56,945 bases of DNA, from assembly GCA_029776125.1 (NCBI GenBank), contig JARVJS010000014.1:1-56945 (forward strand), read 5' to 3'. The notes below the pieces were generated by a model. It ran no database searches and had not been told where the DNA came from. It was given only the letters and a program-made list of their open reading frames with translations. This stretch comes from Nitrososphaeria archaeon. GTDB taxonomy: Archaea; Thermoproteota; Nitrososphaeria; JACIWG01. Position 1 is the stretch's first letter. Every line of letters starts with the position of its first letter. This document shows positions 1-10,661 of this stretch, piece after piece. The translations under genes were made by a program, and so were the position numbers.

Positions 1-2
1 CA

Positions 3-899
3 TTACTATCTTCAAAATTGGGATATAATATTGAATATAACTTTGACCCCTATAGGTTAATTCTTAACGGTGGATATCTTCTTACTTTTGATAGTATTAG
101 AGAGGTTTTATCCAAAGAAATCAATTTAAAAGAAGTATTAGAAGTTGCATTAAAAGACACTAATCTAATACGTACACGTGGTTGGAATGTCGCAAAAAGA
201 TTTGGGATCATTTCCCGTCATATTTCTTACGATAGTAAACTCAGTTCATTTTTGTTAAGAAGATATTATGGCACAGCTTTTTATAACGAGACATTAAACG
301 AAATTTTTATAGACAAGTTTGATTTGGAGAGAACTAGTGAAATATTAAAGAATATACGTGAAAAAAAATTGCACGTTTTTTATAAGGAAGTAGAAAACTT
401 TTCTCCATTAGCAAGGTTAGGTTTTAAGTATGCTATAAAAAATGTTGCAAACATATACGATATGGATGAAACAATGTTAAATACTGTTAAAGAAAGATTA
501 GAAAATAAAAAGCATCTATTATTATGCCTAACATGTGGTAAATTAGAAAAAATTATACAAACTAAAGATGTAAATGACCCCATATACTGCAATATATGCA
601 AATCTCGACTAGTTACAATTACATCTATCTGGAATAAAAATGCAAAGGAGATAATTGCGAAGAGAATAAGAGGAAAAAAACTTTCAAAAGAGGAGGAAAA
701 TGAATACAAGAAACTTTGGTGCGTATCTTCTTTGATCCAAAATTTTGGAAAAAAGGCGATTTTTGTACTTTCTGGTTATGGCATTGGGCCCCAAAATGCT
801 AGTAGAATATTGGATAAAAAAGCAGATATGGGAGAATTATTAAATGAGATTTATAGAGCTGAAAAAAACTTTATTAGAACTAGGCCTTTCTGGGATTAA
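3..899 (+). CDS. C-terminal part of a large Lhr-type DEAD/DEAH-box helicase (5-prime end lies outside the window)
   Basis: The frame is open from position 3, with no stop upstream of the TTG at 18. It has a CxxC...CxxC zinc ribbon (CLTCGK...CNICKS), then a GYGIGPQNASRIL helix-hairpin-helix-like segment and a terminal RPFWD. I associate this layout with the C-terminal domain of archaeal Lhr-like helicases. No helicase motifs fall inside the window. Confidence 0.4.
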   Translation, partial: LLSSKLGYNIEYNFDPYRLILNGGYLLTFDSIREVLSKEINLKEVLEVALKDTNLIRTRGWNVAKRFGIISRHISYDSKLSSFLLRRYYGTAFYNETLNEIFIDKFDLERTSEILKNIREKKLHVFYKEVENFSPLARLGFKYAIKNVANIYDMDETMLNTVKERLENKKHLLLCLTCGKLEKIIQTKDVNDPIYCNICKSRLVTITSIWNKNAKEIIAKRIRGKKLSKEEENEYKKLWCVSSLIQNFGKKAIFVLSGYGIGPQNASRILDKKADMGELLNEIYRAEKNFIRTRPFWD

Positions 900-902
900 A
901 AT

Positions 903-2432
903 TTATCCTTGAACCTTGTAAATAGAAGTATATGGCTTTACTTCTAAACAAAGGGAAGGTTTTGTTTTAAGCTTAACACCATTTATAACTAATCTTTCAC
1001 CAGGGAAAACATTTTCAATTAGCTGCGTATAATCTCTCCATGCGACTAAGCTTATTTCATCTGTTTCATCCCCTATCAATATTTCCGAAAAACTTATCTT
1101 TTCACCATTTTTTAATTGAATTTCTTTTGATGTAGCTTGCGAGATAGCCACAGCCTTTAGAAAATAAATTTTATTTTCATTGACACTTGCTTTTATACTT
1201 GAAATTTTTTCGTAAAAAGACGACATATCCAATACAGGAGCACCAAATTTTTTACCTATATCAGATGCTTTGGCGCAGACTAGCTTGTCACCCTCTATAA
1301 CTTTGAATACACCTTCCACAGTCTCTCCTGGTTTTATTGATAGCAGAAATGAAGTTACATCTTCTAAACCAATCAACGTATAGTATTTACTGTCATTCGT
1401 GCATACAAGAGCGTTTACTAATGGGGTACCATTTTTTGTTTTCTTTAAGGGGCCTATCGAAAGAACAGTAACATTCATACGGAGGGAGGATACGGACACC
1501 ATAGATAATGGTTTTTGCTGTAGTGGGAGTATGATTGTTTTTTCATCACCATGAAACTCAATTTCGCCTGTTGCTAATGATTTGAATTTCAAAGGCCCAA
1601 TTATCACCGCTGAACCGACCGGTGGAAAACGATCTGTTATATCTTCAGTTAACCATAAAACAACTCTATTCTTTTGGGCAAATGATTTTAGCCCACGCAG
1701 TAAAAACGAACATATTATAACATTTGATCCATCTTTCCTTGTATAATTAGAGATAGAGGGAGGGGTATGTACAACACCCTTTAAGCAGAATAAGGTGGTT
1801 TTAGGTTCAAAATTATCTAGAGGGATCGAGATATCTTCTAATGTTGGTAAGGTTGCTGTGGATTCAGGAACCTTTATCTTTTCTACTGAACCTTTCTGGC
1901 CAATATGTAACGAAGGTGTGTTATCAAAATCTAACTTTACATATGCCTTTTTGATTTGAATTGCTTCATTAGGTTTTAAATTCATGGCCATGATTTCTTC
2001 TGCCTTGGAATCCCAAGCACAACATTTTACTAACCCAGTCTTATCAAAAACTGTAAAAAGAAGTAAAGAACCTTCTGTCAAATCTTTTTTCATATACTTT
2101 CTTAATTTAGAAACAGAACAAACTCTACAATTAATGTTTACAGAATTTGCACCTATATAAAGATCTTTAATTTCAACTGTAGAAGGAAGATTGAATTCTA
2201 AATTTACACCTAAGTCAGCGGCTACTAAATAAGCAGCACCTGTATCGGTTAGATAGCCACTTCCAATTTTTTTCTTCTTTTCCTGGATTAAAGAGATAAT
2301 ATCTTCTCTAGTTAGACCCGAGACCTTCTTTAATATTTCTTCTATTATACTATTTAGGTCACGCATCAGTTTTAACACATAATCTAAGATAAGTGGGTAT
2401 ATATTTGAATTTGGGTAAGAATATTTCAGCAA
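903..2432 (-). CDS. rpa: Replication protein A-like single-stranded DNA-binding protein (multiple OB folds)
   Basis: 509 aa. The N-terminal module LTREDIISLIQEKKKKIGSGYLTDTGAAYLVAADLG is followed by several repeated beta-rich OB-fold-like segments, as in archaeal RPA/RFA. The gene sits among replication genes. Confidence 0.6.
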   Translation of the reverse strand: MLKYSYPNSNIYPLILDYVLKLMRDLNSIIEEILKKVSGLTREDIISLIQEKKKKIGSGYLTDTGAAYLVAADLGVNLEFNLPSTVEIKDLYIGANSVNINCRVCSVSKLRKYMKKDLTEGSLLLFTVFDKTGLVKCCAWDSKAEEIMAMNLKPNEAIQIKKAYVKLDFDNTPSLHIGQKGSVEKIKVPESTATLPTLEDISIPLDNFEPKTTLFCLKGVVHTPPSISNYTRKDGSNVIICSFLLRGLKSFAQKNRVVLWLTEDITDRFPPVGSAVIIGPLKFKSLATGEIEFHGDEKTIILPLQQKPLSMVSVSSLRMNVTVLSIGPLKKTKNGTPLVNALVCTNDSKYYTLIGLEDVTSFLLSIKPGETVEGVFKVIEGDKLVCAKASDIGKKFGAPVLDMSSFYEKISSIKASVNENKIYFLKAVAISQATSKEIQLKNGEKISFSEILIGDETDEISLVAWRDYTQLIENVFPGERLVINGVKLKTKPSLCLEVKPYTSIYKVQG

Positions 2433-4189
2433 ATAAGTACAGCAAAAAATGAAAAAAGCAATAATATAAGCATAAGAAGTATAATTGCACCCTTTTTCAC
2501 CTTAGAAAGAACAGTATTTAAGAAAATTGAGTAAGTATTAATTTGATTTCGACCTAAAATTTTCAGATTAGATAGACAATAATAAGTTTTAAAAGCACCC
2601 GCCCGAAAATCATCTATTAGTTCACTTGCCATATTTACAAGCATTGATACAATATGGTTAAGATTAGATAATTCACCCAACGCGTAGTAACCCTTTTCTG
2701 ATAATATTTTACCTGAGGAAAAATGTGTATCTGTTGTGCATACTTCAATTAAGGATAACCCTTTTTTCTGTAATTCTTTTTCTAGAACAGGCCTCAAATT
2801 TGGCACTGAATTATTAGAGTCTATTGAGTAAATTATGTAATGATAATTATCTATTAGAAGAGCGAGACATGAGATTCCACCTGGACCAATCTCCTTAAAT
2901 ACGAGTGAGCGTTCCTGAGCAAAATTATATCTAAAAGGATATGATGGCGATTTTGTTAACCTTTCAATAAGTTCAGTTAAGCAAGATTTCAAATCTTCTA
3001 TATCTTCCTTAGTTGGAATAGGCCCTAACGCATTATGTGCATCAACTAATATAACCTTCTTTATTCCATTACTTTCTAACCCTTTAACGTATTCATAAAT
3101 TTCTGTTGGAAGATCTTCAACACCATAAGGTGCAAAAGTTATAAAAGCCAATATTATATCAGAAAATTTTAAGCCATTTACAGTAACTTTATTCTTGTTT
3201 ATCTTAATTGGTTTACTGCAAAACGACCCTTGTGAAATAAGGTAAAGATTATTTAATGAATTAAGATAATGTTCTGTTTGATATTTTGAAGGTAAATTAA
3301 CTTCATGTGAGGATGGACTATGAAATACCATTGAGTTAACGTTTTGTGAATTGTAAAAATTTATTATTTCGTAAGGCAAGTTATAACTGCCAATTGGAGA
3401 AAATGGACCTGGATGTATGCCAGGTATAACTAAAGATACGTTTTTGTTACAATTTACTAAATCAATTTTATATGTTTCAATTTTTGATTCAACACTATTT
3501 TTTTCCAATAAATTTTCTAGTGGAGTAGGATCAGAACAAACCCATGCATACAAGTATGAAGATAATATTTTAAATGAACTAACATTAAGCAACGATAAGC
3601 CCACATTATTAATAAATTTGATATAAATTGAAATAAATACAGAGAAAATTAAATTTATTATGAGAGCAATTATTACAATAGGTAGATTTAATGTATTTTT
3701 AAAATATAATTCTAAGAGTACAATAAGGAAGAATGGTAAAAGCAATGCATGAATAAAGGAACTTAAATATTTTTGATAAAATACAGCGTATAATATAAAG
3801 TAACGTAAGTTAAATGTAAAAAATGCCCAAAAAATAAACATTTTTAAAAAAGTGTCAAAATCGAATAAAGTAAAAAGGTTAATAACAAATGATAAAAATG
3901 AAAATAGTAGTAAAGGAGACAGTTGAAAGAGAATTGCGAAGAATATACGTCTTAATGAAGAAATAGGAGAAAAGGATGTTAAAAATACATCAACATACGA
4001 AATGATCAAAATTACAGTTAAAAAGCTTAGAAAAACGAAAGGCAACAGATTTAAATCAGCATAATGATAGAACGGTAAAGATAAAAATATACACGAAATG
4101 ATCAATAACAACAATCCTGTTTTTAATGAAGGAAAACTGAAGAGTTTTTTGTAATGATTTGCAATTTGTGTAGTAGCGTCATCAGCCAT
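2426..4189 (-). CDS. Polytopic membrane protein, DUF2070-like
   Basis: 587 aa. The N-terminal ~220 aa are very hydrophobic (multiple TM helices). A soluble domain and one terminal TM helix follow. Layout and size match archaeal DUF2070 proteins as I recall them. Confidence 0.4.
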   Translation of the reverse strand: MADDATTQIANHYKKLFSFPSLKTGLLLLIISCIFLSLPFYHYADLNLLPFVFLSFLTVILIISYVDVFLTSFSPISSLRRIFFAILFQLSPLLLFSFLSFVINLFTLFDFDTFLKMFIFWAFFTFNLRYFILYAVFYQKYLSSFIHALLLPFFLIVLLELYFKNTLNLPIVIIALIINLIFSVFISIYIKFINNVGLSLLNVSSFKILSSYLYAWVCSDPTPLENLLEKNSVESKIETYKIDLVNCNKNVSLVIPGIHPGPFSPIGSYNLPYEIINFYNSQNVNSMVFHSPSSHEVNLPSKYQTEHYLNSLNNLYLISQGSFCSKPIKINKNKVTVNGLKFSDIILAFITFAPYGVEDLPTEIYEYVKGLESNGIKKVILVDAHNALGPIPTKEDIEDLKSCLTELIERLTKSPSYPFRYNFAQERSLVFKEIGPGGISCLALLIDNYHYIIYSIDSNNSVPNLRPVLEKELQKKGLSLIEVCTTDTHFSSGKILSEKGYYALGELSNLNHIVSMLVNMASELIDDFRAGAFKTYYCLSNLKILGRNQINTYSIFLNTVLSKVKKGAIILLMLILLLFSFFAVLIC

Positions 4190-4216
4190 TTAATGCACCA
4201 AAATTAAATTGAGATA

Positions 4217-4390
4217 CTAAGGGGGAACAAGTATTAAAAGCATTATTGAAAAAACAACAAGAGATAAAGCTAAGGCTAGAACAAAAGCAGGTTTAATTTT
4301 TATACCATGTGTCTCATCTTCAAAGAATCTAAGTAACCCTGCACTTGAGGCAGGCATAGGAGCAGATGATTTCTTTTTCTTGGAACTCAT
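4217..4390 (-). CDS. secG: Preprotein translocase subunit Sec61-beta (archaeal SecG)
   Basis: This gene is below the ORF-track size cutoff. Hand translation gives MSSKKKKSSAPMPASSAGLLRFFEDETHGIKIKPAFVLALALSLVVFSIMLLILVPP (57 aa). It has the SSAGLxRF/Y..E...IKxxP motif plus a single C-terminal TM helix, typical of Sec61-beta. ATG at 4390, TAG at 4217-4219. Confidence 0.75.
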   Translation of the reverse strand: MSSKKKKSSAPMPASSAGLLRFFEDETHGIKIKPAFVLALALSLVVFSIMLLILVPP

Positions 4391-4475
4391 ACATAGGGGA
4401 GTTGGTTTTACGTCTTTAAAAATTTTTTATCAAAACTAAAAATTTTAATTATCACCTCTCCTCTTGTAGAGTGGT

Positions 4476-5792
4476 ATGAGCATAAACAAAAAACTTTATG
4501 ATGAAATATTTAGATTACTTTATGAGCATCATAAATGGTTTTCAGAAAGCTTACCTTTAATAGCTAGTGAAAACGTTCCAAGCCCTAGTGTAAGAGAAGC
4601 TTTAGCAAGTGACTTAGGAAATAGATATGCAGAAGGATGGCCTGGAGAAAGAGTGTATGCAGGATGCACCTATATTGATCAAATTGAACTTTTGGCTATA
4701 GATGTTGCAAAGAGGCTGTTTAACTGCGAATTTGTTGATGTAAGACCAATTTCAGGAGTTTGTGCAAATTTAGCAATTTATACAGCATTTACTTTACCAG
4801 GAGATTACATGATATGCCTTTCAATTCCTTGTGGAGGACATATAAGTACTGGAAAAATGGAATTAGGAGGAACAGCGGGAGCAGTTCATGGACTAAAGGT
4901 AGAATATTTTCCATTTAATTATGATGAAATGAATATAGACGTGGATTTGACAAAAAAGAAAATAGAGGAATTAGAGAAAAATGGAATCAAAATAAAATTA
5001 GCAATGTTTGGAGGATCCGTACTTTTATTCCCTCACCCACTTAAAGAATTAGCTTCTTTTTTAAAAGAAAAAGAGGTGTTTGTATGCTATGATGCAGCCC
5101 ATGTAATAGGACTTATTGCAGGCAAGCAATTTCAAGACCCACTTAGAGAAGGAGCGGATGCTGTAACGTGTAGTACACATAAAACATTATTTGGGCCACA
5201 AGGTGGAATGATCTTATCCTATGAAAAGTTTGCTGAAAAAATTAAAAGGGCAGTGTTTCCAGGAAATGTTAGTAACCATCATCTGCACTCTGTAGCCGGA
5301 AAGGCGATTGCTTTAACTGAAATGTTAGAATTTGGTGAAGAGTATGCAGCACAAATTGTTAAAAATTCAAAAGCTTTTGCAGAAGCTTTAGCAAAGAACG
5401 GTTTAAAAGTATTAGGTGAAAAGAATGGATTTACAAAGTCGCACGTTGTTTTAGTAGATGTAACAAAGTTTGGCTTAGGTGGAGATTTAGAAAGAAAATT
5501 AGAAAAAGCGAATATAATATGTAATAGAAATTTGTTGCCTTGGGATATTAAGGAAGGGAGACATTTCGCTAATCCAGGTGGATTAAGATTTGGTGTATCA
5601 GAAGTAACGAGATTAGGTATGAAAGAAGGTGAAATGGAAGAGATCGCTGGTTTTATCTCAGATATCATAGTTAAAGATAAAGATATCGAAGAAGTTAAAA
5701 AGAAGGTTATTGAATTTAGAAAAGAATTTCAAAAGGTTCACTTTTGCTTTGAACCAACCAGAGGCGCACATGAATACATAAAAATTAGATAA
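4476..5792 (+). CDS. glyA: Serine hydroxymethyltransferase
   Basis: 438 aa. Contains the PLP-lysine motif STHKTLFGPQGG, plus LIASENVPSPSVREA and YAEGWPGERVYAGC, which are characteristic SHMT blocks. Confidence 0.9.
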   Translation: MSINKKLYDEIFRLLYEHHKWFSESLPLIASENVPSPSVREALASDLGNRYAEGWPGERVYAGCTYIDQIELLAIDVAKRLFNCEFVDVRPISGVCANLAIYTAFTLPGDYMICLSIPCGGHISTGKMELGGTAGAVHGLKVEYFPFNYDEMNIDVDLTKKKIEELEKNGIKIKLAMFGGSVLLFPHPLKELASFLKEKEVFVCYDAAHVIGLIAGKQFQDPLREGADAVTCSTHKTLFGPQGGMILSYEKFAEKIKRAVFPGNVSNHHLHSVAGKAIALTEMLEFGEEYAAQIVKNSKAFAEALAKNGLKVLGEKNGFTKSHVVLVDVTKFGLGGDLERKLEKANIICNRNLLPWDIKEGRHFANPGGLRFGVSEVTRLGMKEGEMEEIAGFISDIIVKDKDIEEVKKKVIEFRKEFQKVHFCFEPTRGAHEYIKIR

Positions 5793-8700
5793 AATCGGTC
5801 AAAGTAGCTTGCTTTTGCTCTTTACCAAAAAGACTTTCAAAATCTTCTTTCGCCAATTCAACTCTCATCTTAACATAGGAAGGAACTCCATTATTTGAGG
5901 CAAGCCTTTCAGCTAATTCTAAAAATTTTCCAACACTCTTTTTAGTTACAGAAAGTTGGAGTTCACCTCCGCATTTTATGCAGATACCCTTTAGTGGAAT
6001 ACGTCGATACTTTTCGCCACATTTTTTGCATCTTACCTTCTGGGAACCAAATGCTTTTAGATTTCCGAGAATATCAGGTAAGAGGTGTGTCGTCAAAATT
6101 GCAACTATTGCTTCGTTAAAACTAACAGCCTTTATCATCATTTCATAATGAAATTGTTTTTCTATTTTTTCTATGAAGGAAGGCGCAGTCGCAAGAGAAT
6201 TCCTTTCTTTGCTTAAGAATAATGACTTAGTATCATAATTATATTTTAAATCTAGATATTCTTCCTTCTTTGCAAGAAGGTTCTTTATAAGTGGTATTGA
6301 GGCTACTTCTCTAGCTGATGCGGATTTATAGGATTTTTCATAAAAATCTCTTGGATACCTTTCAGATGAATCAATAGAAAGAGATTGATCTTCAACTTCA
6401 GAAGGTATAATATAAGGTTGCAAGAGAAGGGGGGTGTCCATTAAGCCGCCAATCTGGGAGGGAACATAATAAAGTGAAAAGTTCAATAATACATCAAGTA
6501 GTAATGTTATAGAGTCTGCATCACCGTCACAATCTCTTCTTTTTGCGGAGTGCCAAAAAGGATGGGCTAAGCAAACCTGGGAGTTTGAAAAACCAATGAT
6601 TCTTCCTACAATCGCTACAGAAGTATGTGGAGCAATACCCACAATCAAGTGGCCTATTAAATCATTTTCTTCTTTAACCTTATAAAATGAGGGTACGTTA
6701 TAAAATTTCTCTAACAATTCATCAATAAATTTAGCTACATTTATCAAATGTTTGGCAGCATTTTTAGGTAAAATGACATCCTGCACATATATAGGCACGG
6801 GCCTTCCTGACGATAGTTCATTTAAATCATAGCCTAAATTAACTAGTTCCTTATAATCAGTAATAATTGTATTAGGTAAAAAAGATGTAAGAGGCATATT
6901 TGTGGCGTCGAATCTTATAGTGCCATCACGATAAATTTGCAGATTATATTTTTGCCTTAAAAGACCTTTTTCAATAGGTTCGGGCTGCTTTAAATCATTC
7001 ATTAAACCCTTAACACCTTTCAGAGGCGATACAGGTTTGTAATCTACTTTTTCAGAGGCGGATGACAGTTCCTTTTTTAAATCAAGGACTTTTTGTGAAT
7101 AAGGCGACATATATATTTTACATTTTGGACAGATTTCATTTTTATCAGAAGTATTACCACAGGAAGGACAAGTGTAGACAATTATAGTAGGACTTTTACA
7201 AATTTTACATATTGAAGAAAATTGTGAACTAGAACATTTTGGACAAAGTCTATTAATAATAGGAACGCATACCGTTTTCTCTGATGCCTTTACGAGATCA
7301 CGTGAAGACCCACCAAATGAGCCTACCGGAAAAAGAAGGTGAACCGGCGGCTTCATTCTTCTTTCTTCTGCCTTTTCTGGCCTTCCAACTCTGACACCTA
7401 TAAAAGTAGAGACCTTATTTTTAATAGGCACGCCACTTAAAAAAGATATAAGATCAAGTACACTGTCATATTTTGAAAGAAAAACCGCTTCTCTATTAAG
7501 TCCTAGACAGTTATCTAATATTTTTGCGATACCTCGTTCAAAAACTATTAGAGCATTTTCAACTTTATGAGGGACACATAGTTTTTCTAAAATCTTTTTA
7601 ACATTTTCATCATAAGATATAATGAGATAATCATCCTTTTTTGAACCATTTCTTAAAGCATTTCTTAGAATAATAACTTCATTAATTTTTAATAAGTCCC
7701 AAAAAAAGAGATAGCGCGGATGCAGAGGAATATTCAACGTTTTAGAAATTTTATAAGCCAAATCAAAATTTGGATAAAATCTATTTGGATTGTTTATCCA
7801 GTTAAGAATATTTTCTAAGGGAACATCTAAGGATTGTGATGCAACAGTGATATTCCCATAAGTTGCATTGCATGCATCAATAAAGTCATGCAACCAAAGT
7901 TCTTCTACATATGCTGTTTTATCAAGTATAGCGTTATTTTCTATAAAGTCACCGAATGATATTAGTATATCTCCTAGAAATAGGATTTTATCTATATCAT
8001 GTTTAACCTTTTCAGCTGTCTGGAAATCTTCAACTTTTATTACAGACCCATCATTCAATTTAACAACGGGGCCTTCAATCGAATCAACAAAGGCAACAGT
8101 TGCACTTTTACCTGGTTTATCTATTTTTATTTGCGTTCCTACGACAAGAGCATAATCTAAAATAACTGAGGTAAGAGGATTAATACCTACAGTCGCTAAA
8201 CCTGTATTGAAGCAACGACCATATCTTAATCTAAAGCCACCTTTTGCACCAGGATAAGAAAGTATCGGGCGGCCAGCAATAACATCACCAAAATGAGATA
8301 AAGTAGCAGCTTCCTGTAAACCACCTTTTAAGTGCACAAGCCAATTCCAATCAGTTATAGAAAGTTCCTTAACTAACTTTTCTAATTTTCTAGCACGACC
8401 AATCAGACCATCATTCAGAACTCTAAGGGCACCACCTCTAACCCTATTTGTTTCAATTCGTTTCATATTCCTATGAATAATAACCTCTACCGGATTTGTT
8501 TCAACACCATTAATTTCAACTGGCACATACATTAGTGCTGTTTTTATATCTTCATCTGTTACCTTGAACTGAAAATTACCAACTTCTCTTTCATATATCC
8601 TTAATTCTTCAATAAACCGTCCTATTTCATCATCAAAATCATTTACATGATAACGTTCGAGACCTAAAACTTTCCTAACTTCATTAGCTATAACTAGAGT

Positions 8701-9228
8701 AAAGGCAGCATCTGTACCACCAGCAGATCTTATTGGCCCCGCAAAGTAAATACTTGCGTACTGCGACCCGTCTTTATTTTTTTTAATTGCAACTTTTGAT
8801 ATTCCTTGCAACGGTGCAACAGTGACACCATCTGTCACAACAGCTAATCCGGCCCTGACACCCTTATCCAATGCTTCTTCACGGGATAGAGAACCAAATA
8901 AACCAGATGCCACATCTATAGCTAAAATTAGAGCCGCGGCCTCTTTTTTGTTTTGCACTAATAATGTTCTTAACCTTTTTGATATACCTTTAAGTCCGAT
9001 TAATTCTTCAACTCTTGAAGCTAAATCAAAGACAATTTTTGTCTCTATATTTGGAGCAGGATCTAGGCCCTTACCCCTTGCAATATTTGCAATTTCTATT
9101 GCTTTACTTAAGTAGTCAGTAATATAAGAATAATATTTTTCATATTTTGAATTCAGCGATACACGTTCCTTAAGCAAGGAAAAGCATTGTTGCATTTGTG
9201 ATACAACATTTTCTTGCAACAATAGCAC
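5785..9228 (-). CDS. polD2: DNA polymerase D (Pol II) large catalytic subunit DP2
   Basis: 1147 aa. Length and several Cys-cluster zinc modules (CPKCSSSQFSSICKICKS, CPSCGN...CPKCK, CKKCGEKYRRIPLKGICIKCGG) fit DP2. The conserved DP2-like N-terminal region includes GLAVVTDGVTVAPLQGIS. Confidence 0.9.
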   Translation of the reverse strand: MLLLQENVVSQMQQCFSLLKERVSLNSKYEKYYSYITDYLSKAIEIANIARGKGLDPAPNIETKIVFDLASRVEELIGLKGISKRLRTLLVQNKKEAAALILAIDVASGLFGSLSREEALDKGVRAGLAVVTDGVTVAPLQGISKVAIKKNKDGSQYASIYFAGPIRSAGGTDAAFTLVIANEVRKVLGLERYHVNDFDDEIGRFIEELRIYEREVGNFQFKVTDEDIKTALMYVPVEINGVETNPVEVIIHRNMKRIETNRVRGGALRVLNDGLIGRARKLEKLVKELSITDWNWLVHLKGGLQEAATLSHFGDVIAGRPILSYPGAKGGFRLRYGRCFNTGLATVGINPLTSVILDYALVVGTQIKIDKPGKSATVAFVDSIEGPVVKLNDGSVIKVEDFQTAEKVKHDIDKILFLGDILISFGDFIENNAILDKTAYVEELWLHDFIDACNATYGNITVASQSLDVPLENILNWINNPNRFYPNFDLAYKISKTLNIPLHPRYLFFWDLLKINEVIILRNALRNGSKKDDYLIISYDENVKKILEKLCVPHKVENALIVFERGIAKILDNCLGLNREAVFLSKYDSVLDLISFLSGVPIKNKVSTFIGVRVGRPEKAEERRMKPPVHLLFPVGSFGGSSRDLVKASEKTVCVPIINRLCPKCSSSQFSSICKICKSPTIIVYTCPSCGNTSDKNEICPKCKIYMSPYSQKVLDLKKELSSASEKVDYKPVSPLKGVKGLMNDLKQPEPIEKGLLRQKYNLQIYRDGTIRFDATNMPLTSFLPNTIITDYKELVNLGYDLNELSSGRPVPIYVQDVILPKNAAKHLINVAKFIDELLEKFYNVPSFYKVKEENDLIGHLIVGIAPHTSVAIVGRIIGFSNSQVCLAHPFWHSAKRRDCDGDADSITLLLDVLLNFSLYYVPSQIGGLMDTPLLLQPYIIPSEVEDQSLSIDSSERYPRDFYEKSYKSASAREVASIPLIKNLLAKKEEYLDLKYNYDTKSLFLSKERNSLATAPSFIEKIEKQFHYEMMIKAVSFNEAIVAILTTHLLPDILGNLKAFGSQKVRCKKCGEKYRRIPLKGICIKCGGELQLSVTKKSVGKFLELAERLASNNGVPSYVKMRVELAKEDFESLFGKEQKQATLTDFI

Positions 9229-9240
9229 ACCATTATTTAA

Positions 9241-9480
9241 TTAGATTTGGATTTCACCACGATTAATTTTATCTACAAATTCATTATAAGTGTCTATGTA
9301 TTCTTTTTCTTTAGGTGCAGAGTAAGGGTAGAAAAGGTGACAGGTTCCACATTTTATGTTTACTACATCATCTGAAACTCTATCAACTATAAGTGAAATA
9401 TTACCACATTTTGGGCAGGCTAATATTTTTGGTAATTTTCTTTTGAAAACTTTAATTACTTTTCTTTTTCTTCTACCCAT
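9241..9480 (-). CDS. elf1: Transcription elongation factor Elf1-like zinc-ribbon protein
   Basis: 79 aa. Basic N-terminus MGRRKRK, a CPKCGN...CGTC zinc ribbon, and EYIDTYNEFVDK, which resembles the Elf1 pIDvYseWvD segment. Confidence 0.7.
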   Translation of the reverse strand: MGRRKRKVIKVFKRKLPKILACPKCGNISLIVDRVSDDVVNIKCGTCHLFYPYSAPKEKEYIDTYNEFVDKINRGEIQI

Positions 9481-9686
9481 TCAGCATCAACAAGCTTAAT
9501 TATACTCGTATTTATATAGTTATTCAAAAACATGAAAACAAAATAAATATTTTTATAAACCTACTAAAAAATGTTATTTAATATATATTAATTTATATTT
9601 ATTTATAAAAAAATAAAAAAAGAATAAGTGAATGTAGTAAATTTAAAATATCATTTATTGGAAAAGAAAGCAGCGAAAGTCTTAAA

Positions 9687-10097
9687 TTGTTTTACATTAA
9701 CGTAAAATGGATGTTAAAAGAATTGTTAAAAGAGGACAAGCTATTAGAGAAATTAATCACCAAATCTGGCTTTTCAAGAAAACAATTAGATTACATAATT
9801 GTAAGAAAAGAATTAGAAGGAAAAATTAATGAAATTGTAACAAAGACAGATGGGGGAAAAGTTTCAAAAGCAGCATACCTTATCACTAAAAATAGAGGTA
9901 TTACCAATATAAAAAAAGCATTCTATACTCTAATATTAGCGTACTATTTAGGGATAATTCCAAAGGAAAGTTTTGTTGCACTAGAAAAAATAACAACATT
10001 AATGGATAATGTTAAAGGAAGAATCTTAACCAAAGAACAAATTGACAATATCATAATAACATTAGAAAATTTGTTTGAACAATTAATAAACGCATAA
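9687..10097 (+). CDS. Hypothetical protein
   Basis: Open frame of 136 aa with host-like composition. A more likely ATG start is at 9711 (MLKELLKEDK). No motif recognised. Confidence 0.35.
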   Translation: MFYINVKWMLKELLKEDKLLEKLITKSGFSRKQLDYIIVRKELEGKINEIVTKTDGGKVSKAAYLITKNRGITNIKKAFYTLILAYYLGIIPKESFVALEKITTLMDNVKGRILTKEQIDNIIITLENLFEQLINA

Positions 10098-10133
10098 AAG
10101 TATATAAGGAATATGATGTGATATTAATGTTGC

Positions 10134-10661
10134 ATGATGGATATCATTGATTTTGTGATTGTTGCATCACTTATGCTTGCAACTTTAACATGTTATCATA
10201 TAATAATTGAATTAAAATTTAAGAAAAAGGAAACAACTATATCAAAAGATGAATATTCTCTTCTGAAAGCAATATTAACAGAATTCAAACACAGGATAGA
10301 TGAACAAAATAAAAAAATATCTGAATTAATAGTGAAAGTAGATTTACTAGAAAATAAAGTAGGAAAATATCCTGTAAAACGGAATCTAGTTGAGAAAGAG
10401 ATACCAGAAACCACCCAAAAAGGGAATGAGATAGAAGAAAACTTAGGTTTAAGCGATATAGAAATAGGTATTCTTAGGTTTATTTCCACTGGACCAAAAA
10501 GTTCAAAAGACGTTCAAAATGCAATAAAAAAATCAAGGGAACACACTGCAAGATTACTTAAGAATTTATATTCTAAAAATTTACTAAATAGAGAAAGCCA
10601 AGGAAAGTTCTTTGTTTATTCATTGAGTGAGCAGGGTAGGAAGGTTATTGCTGGATCATAG
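10134..10661 (+). CDS. Membrane-anchored winged-helix DNA-binding protein
   Basis: N-terminal TM helix (IIDFVIVASLMLATLTCYHIII), a coiled-coil middle, and a C-terminal MarR/ArsR-like wHTH (ILRFISTGPKSSKDVQNAIKKSREHTARLLKNLYSKNLLNRESQGKFFVYSLSEQG). Confidence 0.5.
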   Translation: MMDIIDFVIVASLMLATLTCYHIIIELKFKKKETTISKDEYSLLKAILTEFKHRIDEQNKKISELIVKVDLLENKVGKYPVKRNLVEKEIPETTQKGNEIEENLGLSDIEIGILRFISTGPKSSKDVQNAIKKSREHTARLLKNLYSKNLLNRESQGKFFVYSLSEQGRKVIAGS

